A stretch of DNA of 64,000 bases from a bacterium. Lineage in GTDB: Bacteria; Patescibacteriota; Microgenomatia; UBA10105; UBA927. The DNA lies in NCBI GenBank assembly GCA_021817785.1, contig JAKAFY010000005.1, positions 553 through 64,552 of the forward strand. The letters are read 5' to 3'. The first letter of the stretch is position 1; each line of letters begins with the position of its first letter. The notes beneath the pieces are model-generated. The model was not told the origin of the DNA. It saw nothing but the letters and a program-made list of their open reading frames with translations, and did no database searches. Both the position numbers and the translations under genes were made by a program. This document shows positions 28,071 through 40,000 of this stretch, piece by piece.

Positions 28071-31000
28071 ATGGTGTTTGCGCTCTCAACGTTTCTGATC
28101 GTCTGGCGGGTGGGCCAGCAGCGGCAGACCGGGGATCTGCGGCAGTTTGCGACGGGAGACGTGTATCAGAATTGTGTCGGGTTAAGCGGACTAGACTTGA
28201 CGATCTGTCAGGAGACAGGCGTGCGGCCAACGCAGCCGCCATATATACCCCCACCAAGTCCGACTAATGCTCCACCAGCCGCAACAAAAACTCCTGATCA
28301 GATTTGTGCCGCACAACCGCAAAACCAACAGGATCAGTGTTATTTGAACCTACGCAAACCCACGGCGACCGCATATGTAGTGCCGCCGCATGTAACATTT
28401 CCCCCTACGCCCATACCAACGGATCGTGTGTGGTGTACGCTACGATGCAAAGGTGACGCGGGCTGCATTTCGGGATGCTCTCTGGGGTTACCATACAGCA
28501 CTCCTGTACCGACGGTTCCCACGAAAGTTCCGACTGTTGTAACCCTCGCTCCCATTCATTCGATTTCCGAGGGGATTGGAAACGGATGTTCTGATCCGAA
28601 ATTAACTGCAGATCAGAGGAGCAAATGTCTAGCTGCTGCAGTGGGCAATATTTCCGTTGCTCCTTCGCCGGTGAGCGGAAACTTCAGCAAATCCTGTCAA
28701 GCCTGTGTGAGTGTGCGCGGATCGGTTGGTGCATGCGCTAGTGCGTGCGGACTTACATCATCGGTGACTCCTGCGCCGTCTCTTATCGCGTCCGTTCCCA
28801 CGCTCAAGGTGACCCCGGCCCCACAGGTCGGAGCCAGGATAGGATTTGGAGTCGGTACAGGGGCATTTACTATTCCTATCGTCACTCAAGCATCAATTGT
28901 CAGCACTGTAATGAATTTGTGGAATCAATATATCAGTCATACTACACCAACGCCGGCTCCTGCTCCTTTAACAGCTACAGGGGGTAATTCGAATGTAAAC
29001 GCCTCTGCTGTGAAACCGACAACGCTCATCCCGGGGTCAGGATGCTCGATACTTCCGTGGGACAGCAATAACTGTAAAAATTGTCCGGGCGGCAAATGGC
29101 ATCCCGGGTGGACGGCATCCTGTGATGCAAACCCCGCGCCTCCGGCAAATCAAAATCTAAGTAACAACGCACCCTCGACCGTGCCGTCTCCTGCGTCCGA
29201 AATAGCACATCCGGTGAATCAATCGCCGGATAATCTGACTATCGTTCCGTCGACTGTTCCGCCGCCCGTTGTGACACCTATTGTCCCTACGGTTCCTCCG
29301 AATCCCGGAACATCGGTGACTCCTGCCGTTACCCCTATTATTACACCCATGCCTGGCGCTGGTCTGGCATGTTCGGGAAGTAATGTGACCGTGGGCAACG
29401 TTGCCGTCGGAGGACAAAAGTACGGTCCGAATGGCGATGTAACACGAAAATGTACATATGACCCAACAACGCACGAAACCGCATGGGTGGAGTGCCCGGG
29501 GTGCAAAGTGACCGTCGGCACGCCGGAAGTCATGGCTGCGTATAAGGCACAAAATGACGCATTTGATGCCCAACTCAATATGCTGACGCAAAACATACTG
29601 AATTGTATGTCGAGCGGCAAAGACCAGGTGACCTGTCAGGCGGAATATTTATACGGACTCGGAAAACAATCCCCGGCATATCTTGGCTTATTGCAGGATC
29701 AGATCTCTGTCCAGATAAAGACAAGCGAAGCGCAGGCCACCTATAACCAAAAAATGGAACAGCATGATTTGTGTATAGCACAGCATCAGGACAGTCCGAA
29801 CCAATGCCGCGGGTATGAACAGGCAGCGCTTATGGCGTTGCAACAGGTGGGATACGACACTACAGACGCAAAAACAATGGCAGCGCTCACAACCGCGTAC
29901 CAGACGTATATAGCTCAAAAGGCATCAAACCTATTCCTAAGTGCGGAGGTTGCATACGCCGGATGTGTGGCACAGCAAAAACAAGATGCCGGTATAAATT
30001 GTTCCCAGTATCAGAAGAACGCAACTGATGCGATGACGTATGGCGGCACGCCTACGGCAGAACAACGGGCCGCGAGATTGCTGCGATATAGTAACTATCA
30101 GAAAGCAACAGATATATGGAATACTCCGAATAGCGTGGTCTGTCCCACAGTAGATTGCGATCCAGAACAAAGAAAACAACAGCGTGTAGCCGCCCTTAAT
30201 ATGGATCCAAACGATGCGCAGTTGGCTCATGATAATTGGTTTGCAAATATTGCCTATAGTTTGCAATACGGCACCGTAGGAACTATCGAAAGGGTGGGGA
30301 AGATTCTGGCGACCAAGCCCTCGGATTGTAAAGATACCGCATCCTGTCTAGATGTTTTGAAAAATACGTTGACGGGTGAGCAGTATGCACAGGTAAAAAC
30401 GCGCGTGGATCAGTTAGCGCTCGCCGATATAAACAATGCGCCTGATACGACTGCACTCTCATTCGCAAAAGATCACAAGAATGACCCCATGTTTAAAAAT
30501 GTGGATACAAATGACATAAACGCCGTACGTTTGGCGATAGATAATTCATTGCCGCAAAATTTGCGACGGGCATCTCTGGCTCACCTAGCTCAGCCTGCGT
30601 CGAGCGGTGGTACAACTGCCGCGTCGACAGAAACACCGCTTGCTAAAGCATATGCGGCTTATCGAAATGATCTATCTCTTGACGCTTCTACACGAACACT
30701 ATTGGGAAAACCCTCTTCAGACCCATCGCTCACCGTCGCAGAAGCAAATTTTTATACGACGCAGCAGAATAATTTGAATACACTCTGTTCGCACGTAAGT
30801 GTTCAGGATTGTGCATTATATTCCGCACAATTTAAGGCAGGAACTATTGTTCCCTCCGATGCTGCCGCAGCGTACCAGAAATCTTCCCTAAGTTTTTCTT
30901 TCCGTATTCCGACATTTTTGACCACATCCCAATCAACAAAAAAAGTAGGCGCTGGAAAATCAGGGACAGTCACCGTGACGACTCCATTATCAAAGGTACA

Positions 31001-34000
31001 AACCGGATCTATCGATATCAATATTGCGCCTGTACAATGGATGGATTCTGCATTCAACTGGATCCAAAGGCAACAAATTGCCCTCACCCCGTTCCGTCCT
31101 GGAGACTATGCGCAAAAAAATACGGAAGCACAGTTGGTGTTACTCGCAACTGATCCCGCAAAGCAAAAGGCTGTATTTGCTGCACTAGATCAAACCGCTG
31201 ACTACCGCAAATTTGCAGCCTCGCTGCATGCGAGCAATGTAGATCCACATGAGGCGTACATTACCCAACAATTGACGAAATTTTATCAGAATGAAGGATA
31301 TTTACAGAATGCTGGAAAATTTGCGCCAACAACGGTTGATAACAGTAAGCAAGATTACGTCACATTGGTGATGCGGGGAGATGTGAACGTTTCGTCTGCT
31401 GTTTCGTCCATTGGGTTGGGGAAGATGGTTGGAGGCGTGTATGCAAATACGTTAACTGCGGTAGGTGATACCGTATTAAGTCCCATACTTAAACTGACCC
31501 ATCTTACTCCGACAATAAAGGTTGCAAATCTTGTAAGTGGCGGTGTGACACCCGAGGAAAATCAGACAGCAGATACGGTTGTTACCGCCTTGATAAGAAC
31601 GAATAGTGCTGCATGGGATGCGTATGTGCAGCAAAAATCCAAAGATCCGGAGTATCTCGCCTGGGCGCAGAATAATCCAAAAGATTCATCGATAGTCGCG
31701 TTTGCCAAATGGCAGTACGCGCAATCGCTGGCGCTTACCGAAAATATGAAAGCGGGCGGATATGAGTTATCGAGTGCTCAGGATCTATTTACCAAGAGTC
31801 CAACGTGGCTAACCGACGGGGTGCTTGCCGGAAAAATAAATATCGGGGACATCAAATCCATCCTTTCTGCCAGCCAGCAATCCGTGACGACCGATTTAAA
31901 CCGCAACCTGACAATACTCGAAACAAATAACACCAACCTTCCGACTTCTTCGTATCAAGCACGCCGTCAAGCTGCGTTTGCACAGTTGCAAACAAGTGTT
32001 CTGAATGCCCAGGCAGATGCATTGGTAAAGGTATATCAGGAATCGCAAAATACCCCGGAAGTACTGGCAGCCCTGCAATCTAAACTTACCGCGCAGCACA
32101 TCACGACAGACCCACTTGTCTATCAGCAGCAGCAATTGAAGGCGTACTTATTAAATCCCGATACGACGTTTTTATTGGGAAGCGGAGGCACCACAGTTGA
32201 TGTGGCAGGGATCATGGATGGAACGTACGATATGGCCGCTGCCAGCCGTGCATATAACGACCTCAATAAACGTCCGCTGGAATCGTTTGTTTTTGCCATT
32301 AATAAATTTGAAAAGGGCTCGTATTTACAAGGTCAACAGTTGTTGAGTGATCCAAATTCTTCCCTCTATGACAAAGGGAGAGCGGTTGTGATGATGACGG
32401 CAAAGCCTGTGGGCACGGTGTTAATGTTGGCCGCCCCTCCGTTGCGAGTTCTTCAAATCGGCGTGAATGCAGTGACCGCGGCAGATGTGCTTGCTATCGG
32501 CGGTGAGGCACTTGGATTTCAGATGACGGGCTCCAGCGCGGCGGATACGGCGGTAGCCTGTACATTGCGTCCTGGTATGGACGCAGCCGGATGCGCGACA
32601 AATTTTGGCATGATGGTATTTGCCGGATGGAGCACCCTTTCGTCTGTCAACGCCGTGAATTCCATAGCTGAAACGGCGATGATCAAAAGCGGACAAAATG
32701 TAGGATTTGTTGAGCGATTCATGAATTCAAACAAGCTCTTGTCTGGCTTGGTGCCTGACGGAGATAAAGCACTTATTCAGGCAGCGGCATTGCGAAATGG
32801 TGTGATACCGGCGACCGCAGACAATATCGCTGCGCTTGAATCTGCGGTTGCAAAGGCATATGCGCCGGTGGCGCACAATGCATTTGCGGAAGGAGCACGC
32901 AATGCATTAGGGACGGCGGTGTTTGGGTCTGCGGCAATTCAAGCATGTTCGCAGGAAGGCCTGAATGCAGATTGTCTTTCCCGGGCAAGTCTCGCATTTT
33001 TGTCGTTATCCCGGACGATCCTTCCTTCTCAAGTGGTTTCCAATACGAATGCACTCGCTGGGCAGACTGTCATGCGGGCAGATCAGCTCACTAATGCCGC
33101 CCTTGCAGGGCTTTCGTGTAGTGCGGCGGCGTTGGGTAAAGGAAGTCTGGATGACTGTATTACCACTGCCATGATGAGCGGGATGACGTTTGCCGGAGAA
33201 GCAGTCCAAAAGGCTCAATCCAGCTCAAACGGCCTCACGCTAAAAAATCCGTTTGCTGCCAAAGAGCTGGCAATAAAAGATTTGTCGTTGCTTGAAAATA
33301 TGAAGGCTACCGATCCGCCGATTATCATGGACGGAACACCGGTGAATTTTCTTGATCGTACGGTAGCGGCAGATTCTGTTCGCGCGCGCTTAGTGCAAGC
33401 GACGATCGAATCAAGAATCATTATCGCACAGGGAAGTGCTTTGGCGGCGGGATTTAAAACATTGCCCGCAGCAGATCAGACGATTGCGCAGCATGCGGCG
33501 GTGACAGCTGGGGATGCATGGAATAGTTTGTTTACGGATACCGGTGCGCTCCGCCCTGGAGTTGCGGATCAAGTTATGGGTGCGCGTCAGGCATTAACCA
33601 TTGCCTCATCCGAGTTAGCACGGGAAACTGCGTTACTTACCGATCCCCGAAACGGAGCGCAACAGGCGGTAGATCGGTTATTGGGGGTGAGAAGCAAAGA
33701 TGCTGCCGCATTGGCGGACTTTCATACCGCGCGTGAGGCATATCTTGAGCTTGCCCGATCCGCGGAATACGATCCGGCAACCGGAGTATTACGCAATGGA
33801 GAAACGTTGGCGATTGCCGAACAACGACTGGCCCGTGCGGGCGAGACGCTTTCGCTCGTAAACGCATCGCGTGGGGAGATATGGTATGCCACGCATCTTA
33901 ATCAAACCCGTGATGCGTTGGCAGTTATCAACCGTCAGATTGATATTGAAACGCTTCAACAGCAATTATTATTGGATCAAGCCAAACTTCCGGATGTGCG

Positions 34001-37000
34001 GCGGCTTGCCCGCGAACAGGCAGATGCTGCCCAGATACATCTTCGTACACTCGAACAGACAAATGCTTCCCCGGAGGTGCGCGCTATTGCACAGGAAGCG
34101 CTGCGTTTGGCAACCGAACGGCTGTCTGCGGCTGAAGACGTCGCAACGCATATCCAAAATCCTGCTGACATTGCGTTATACAGAACAGAACGCGCCAATG
34201 CCTTGAGCACATTACAAGCACGGGCAGAAACAATACAGGGAGAAATGACGCTGTTAGCCGCAGGACAGAAGGCGGCACAAACGTTTGGCGGCAGGCTGGC
34301 GATCGCAGTACTGGGTCTTCCTGATCAGCCGACCCCGTTTGCGGAATTGATTGGCAGAACTCCCGAGCAGATCGTACAAGCCCGGACCACGGCGATTACT
34401 GAAGTAGGCAAGCGGTCGCTTTCCAATATCGAAGATCTTGTTAATGAAACGATTGATGTGATGCGCGCTTCCAGTGATGGGACGATAACGCGGGAACGGG
34501 CGATAGAAATCGCCATGGATGAATTGTCTGCTACTGATGCGAAAGGAAATACAAAGATCTATACTGATGCGCTCGCTCAGGCCAAGGAAGCATTAATGAA
34601 GCAGGGGATCACCAATGAAACAACCCTTGCCCGGGAATCCATGCGCATAGCCAGAACTGTTGCGGATCAGTTTGTCGCAAACAATGAGGCTATCCGCGCC
34701 GCACTGGCAAAAGGAGAAAGCCCTGATGTCGCGTTTGCCATCAGGCAGAGTACGGCGAGTAAAGTATCGACTGCGATCGTAAATTTTATAGAACAAAATA
34801 CCGTCGGCCGCATAAAGGTATACCAGATCCGTCAGGAAAATAAGGCCATGCTCTCCCAGCTTCGGGTTGCGCTCAAAGCCGAATACAAACCTTTGGTAGA
34901 AAAATTGGCAAATATCAATAATGACCGGGGTGGCATATCACTGTCGCAGGAAACCAAACCCGGCGCGAATGATGCATTGATCGCTTATGATACGCATAAA
35001 AGTGTAAAGCCCGGAAAATTAGTCGTCGATGACATCAAACTGACGGATACCGGAAGAAAAGCAGGACTGACCGAAAAGGATGTCACCTTCCTCAAAGATA
35101 ACCTTCAATCGATCCAGGGCGTTCAGGGATATACCGCCCATACGGAGCAAGTGGATTATATCCTGGCGTTTTTGGAATCTCTGGGAGACGGAAACGCCCG
35201 CCGTATATACGGCGCCGTCATGGGACTCGGGAAAACCGATTTCGTCATGCCGGCAACCACATTACTTCAGGCACAACTATCGGATCAGACGCAGGTGATC
35301 GTATTTCCGGAAGACAAACTCATGAACCAATACCTGGGCGGGAACTCACAAAAAATGCTGGATTTGTTTAAAGCAAAAATTGATCCCAAGGGGGAGGGGT
35401 TGGTGCTGGTGGTAGATCCGTCCAAGCCGCCGTCCGCTGAAGCCATCGCCAAGGCAAAAGTGATCATTACCACGCGTGATATCGCGTTTCTTCTGGATGC
35501 AACCGATGCATCAGGGCTTGCGATGCGCGCCAAATGGCGCGGGGCGTTTATCCAGTCGGATGAGGGACACTGGACGCTCAATGCGACGGAAAGCTTCCGG
35601 ACGAGTTTTGGAAAACAAACACAGATCATGCAGACGGATTCCGGTAAGATGAAACGCGTAGCCATAGCCAGTGTCGAACAATTACAAAGCGTCAGAGAAC
35701 TGATTGATCTTGCGAAAACGGGAAAACTGACGGACGCCGAGGTCAGGCGGAACGCGGATAAAACAGGAAGTTTTACGGACCCGACTGAGCAGGAAATTCT
35801 CCGTGAGTGGTTGCAGAAGAAAAAGAACGCAGGGCAGCTGCCCCCAGCCTTAGAGGCGGCATTGCAGGCGGGTTCCGTTGCGGATATGCGGGCAAAGATA
35901 ACGGAATTTTTTGATACCAACGCGTCTGCCCGCACCGGTCCGTTGGGAGCGGAGATTTCTGTAATCGGCAAGCTTGCAGATTTGTTTGCTGCAACCCCCA
36001 AGGTAGAGTATGGGGCTGCGTCGTTTGATAGAAACGGTACGTTGGTTGATATGATTGCGCCGCTGGATATGACAAAGGCAACCGGCCGCATGTACCAGGG
36101 GGAATTGGAACAATTACTGTACAACACCATCGGCGCGGAGATCGTCGGAAAGAATATAGATCTCACTAATCTTGTGTCAAATAGCCAAAGCCGGGACATA
36201 AACTTCGGGCTGCTTATGTTGGAAGCCAGCGGGTTTGCTATCTACACCGGTACTCCGGAGCTTATAGCGCCTTTGTATAAAAGTGCATATGGCATTGATC
36301 TGACGCAGTATGGATTAAACGCACATGAGGTGGTAACCAAACAAATAAATACGGGACTGGCGTCACAACAATCTCAGGTGTTTCAATCAACCGACGATGC
36401 ACTGACAAACAGACTCCATAAAGGAGAGCCGGTCGCAATAGTAAATCTCCGTGATACGCTCTACCGCACGAATGAATCCGCGTTTGAGACGATACAGCGT
36501 CATCTCGATACGGGTGATCGGCTGTATGTTGCGAAAGCCGCCGGGGGATTTGAAGAATATGTCCGTCTTGCGGATGGCTCTATGCAGAGGGTAGCAGTGT
36601 ATACGGATAAAACCGGGATAAATGCGAGTATCGCTAACCATATAACAGAGCCGATTGTCGTAATGTATGAATTCGGGGCACATACGGGTGTAGACGTGAG
36701 TCTGCCCGACAATACTCGGGAACTGGTGTTGACGGACACGAACTCCCGCATCAATGAAACCGTGTTTGATCAGGGGGTCAAACGCGTACGTCCGGATACT
36801 GCGTTAGTTGATGTCGTGCATGTGGGTGGAGACGGGACAATTGAGTCGGTGTATAGACAGTTAGATGTTCAACAACGGCAGGACATGGCGCTTGCGGAAG
36901 TGCAATTTAAAGAGACGCTGCTTCGCAATTCCGTCGATCAATTATTGTCCCGCTTGAATGCCGTACAAACGACAACTGCAGGCGGTATCACCCAGGGAGT

Positions 37001-40000
37001 GGATTATGCGGCACGTCTGAAAGCGCTGCAAGATCAATGGCAGGTAACGAAAGATCTTTCCTACGATTTGTCGACGCATAATATATCCGCACAAGATAAA
37101 TTACAGCGAACACTGGATCAAGTGAAGTCGATGTATGGGGAAATCTACGCGTCCATACAAAGCGACGTAACACTACGTGCCGCTTTTGCCGTATCCGCCG
37201 GGGATACAAAAGATCTTGCAATTAATTTACAACCGGATCCGAAAGGAGTGCATAAGCTTTCAGCGGTGTCGTCGCTTGCGGATGTGGTAACGTATATCAA
37301 CAAAAGTACCGACCCCAAGGTTATTGCCGATGCGGGGGTGACGTTCACCGAACGGGGGCCGTCTGCTGAAGCGGTGACGGCAGATGCACGCAATGTGCAG
37401 CCGACCAACATCATCGCAGATGGCGACGCAATAACTGCTGAAACGATAGCCGCGGAAAACCAAGCCCGTCAGGATGCGTTGGCTAAAAATTCCGGCAACG
37501 GAAATAATCCGACGTTGCCGGGCTCCGGCCCACAGACCCCCGGCGGTAGCGGCCCTGTACAGCCCGGTGGTGCGGGAGGTGGGCCGGCAAATAATGGTGG
37601 CGGTGGTACGACAAACACTGGCGGTGGGGGCGGGACAACACAATCAAACGGTGGTGGTTCCACACAAAATACCGGCTCAGTCAATACTGGTTCGAATACA
37701 ACCGGTCCGACGACCGTGTCGCAGATGACGTCGCAAGCACGGCAGGCAGTCATACGCGCTGCTGTAGACACATCGGGTACACAACCCGTGGTGCGTGCAG
37801 GTATTTCTCCGCAGCAAACGCTTCAAGCACTCGCTGCTGCAACGATTGAGGCGCAAAATCTTCGGAATAATCCATTTTCCCGCATACGAATATTACCGAT
37901 TGCCCGAACACTTGAGAGGCAGGAACAAGCGGAACTTGCCTTGGCGGATGCGCTTCAAGGGCCGGTACAAGCGGCGATTGAACAGGAACTTGGGGTAACA
38001 CTTTCGGGAAGCGGATTGCCCGCCATCGCGTCTGCCCGGGATAGTGCCGTAAGTTATTTGGCGGCGCTTGCTATAGGAGATGCTGATGTCGCGCAATCCC
38101 ATCTGACCGATTTAAACAAAGCAATTGAAAATGTGGCTGCAGCACAAGGGTCGGCATATACAGGGAGGCAAACTGCGGACATAGCGCCGCATATTGTTGC
38201 TGCATTTCTGCCGCCATCTGCAGTGACAGCGAAACCCATAATTCAAACCATATCAGGGCAAATCAATACGAATACGGTATCAAATCCGTCGACATGGAGA
38301 GCCACCATAGGAATTATGTGGTCGGGGATCAAACACTACGGCTTTAACCCGAATCCATTAACGCTGTTTACGATATTCGGCAGCACAACAAATCGCTGGG
38401 ATGTATTGGGACAGGTGGGGGGGTGGATAATGTTCCGTATCGCCCCGCTCTTTGTACCCGGTGGTCAGTTTGTCGCCGTACCGCTTTTGGCGTATGACGG
38501 TGTCCGATTGATAACTTATCCGTTCCGTGCGTTGGCCCGATTTATATTCACGCGTCCGATGATTCGGGATATTGTAATTGGGAAGTCCGTCGCCCAATTA
38601 GCACTCCGATGGCATCTGAATCAGACAATGCTCAATATTTTGGCGGGGAGCCGGAACGGATTTTTTGAAAGCTATGTCAACGCCGTTCCCGGTTGGCCGA
38701 AAGGGACGACATTTTTCAAGGGATTGATTGGGACATTTACGTGGGCGAGTCGTTTTCAGGCAATGTGGGGATACGATGCATTCCGGTTATTGCGGCGGTA
38801 TACGCAGCAGATCAATCATATCGCTGATACCGATATGCCACTTCACCAACTGCCGGTGACCCAGCCGAATTATTGGGACACAAACGGATTCCTACTGGGG
38901 TTTGTCCCCCGGGCACTGGTGAATGCAACCCCACGGAATAATCTTTTTGGATATTTATTGACCCGATGGCTCGTACCCATCGTTATCACGTCTCTTGTAG
39001 CGCCTCTATTAATGTTGATACCGGTCGTAGGTCCGTACATTGCCGTCATGGTGGTTGCCATCATTATTTCCATGCCGCATTCATATGATTCCCATAGGTT
39101 GTGGCATGAGGGAGGATGGCAACATGCCGATATCTGGAATACAAAAAAAGGTCATATTACTCCATGGGCATCGTGGGGCGCGACCGTGACGATTACCGTG
39201 CCCGCGCCGCAACAGTTTTCGAAGGGAGTATTGGAAGCAGGACACACGTTGGTTCGCGGGGCAACGATAACGGTTACCCGTCGGGACGGAAGCGTGGAAA
39301 CCGCAATACTGGATACCGTATCCAATGATCGTATCGCAGCAAATAATTCCTGGACCATCCGGTCTGCTGCAGATAATTCCGTCATTGGCTGGGTAACACA
39401 AGGAGATATTACGGTAAATATGTCACCCGCCATAGCATCACAGCCCGTTGTCCCAATACCGTCAGGAGGTCTGAGCGCTGCTGATATCGACGCATTTGCG
39501 GAAGCGCTCACGGGTCCACAGGTTCAAACCTTGTTCCAGCGTGAAATCGCATTTCTCCCGTTAGGCTGTTCGGAGTGTACTGATTTCGTAAAACAGAGCA
39601 TAAATACACATCTTGCTGCTGCGCAGCAAAAGATTGTGGCTGGAGATCTGGCGGGTGCGATTGCTCAACTGGATCAAGCGCTTCATGAGATAGATATGCA
39701 TGTCAAAAATCACACCGGCGGTCCGGTAAATACGATGCTCTTTAATCTGGTGCGCTATGTTATATTGCGTCACCAGGCTGCGTTGTATACCGCTCTCGGT
39801 GATACAAAACATGCAGCCGATGTCATGGCAATAGCCCGTTCGTACCGCGTAAAAGCGCTTATTGAAATAGATACTAAAATCCATGCGTATAACGCAGGAG
39901 ATACGCGGTTTGAAGCGATCAATGACGCACTTTCGTACTATACCGCGCAACGGGAAAAAGATTTCAGTGACATTCTTTTGATGCAGGACGCAAACCAAGC

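Noticed and set aside
35285-36199. 304-aa minus-strand ORF inside the giant gene
   Set aside because: It is antisense to the open giant frame, has an Ala/Ser-rich low-complexity translation, and has no start context. It is a typical shadow ORF.
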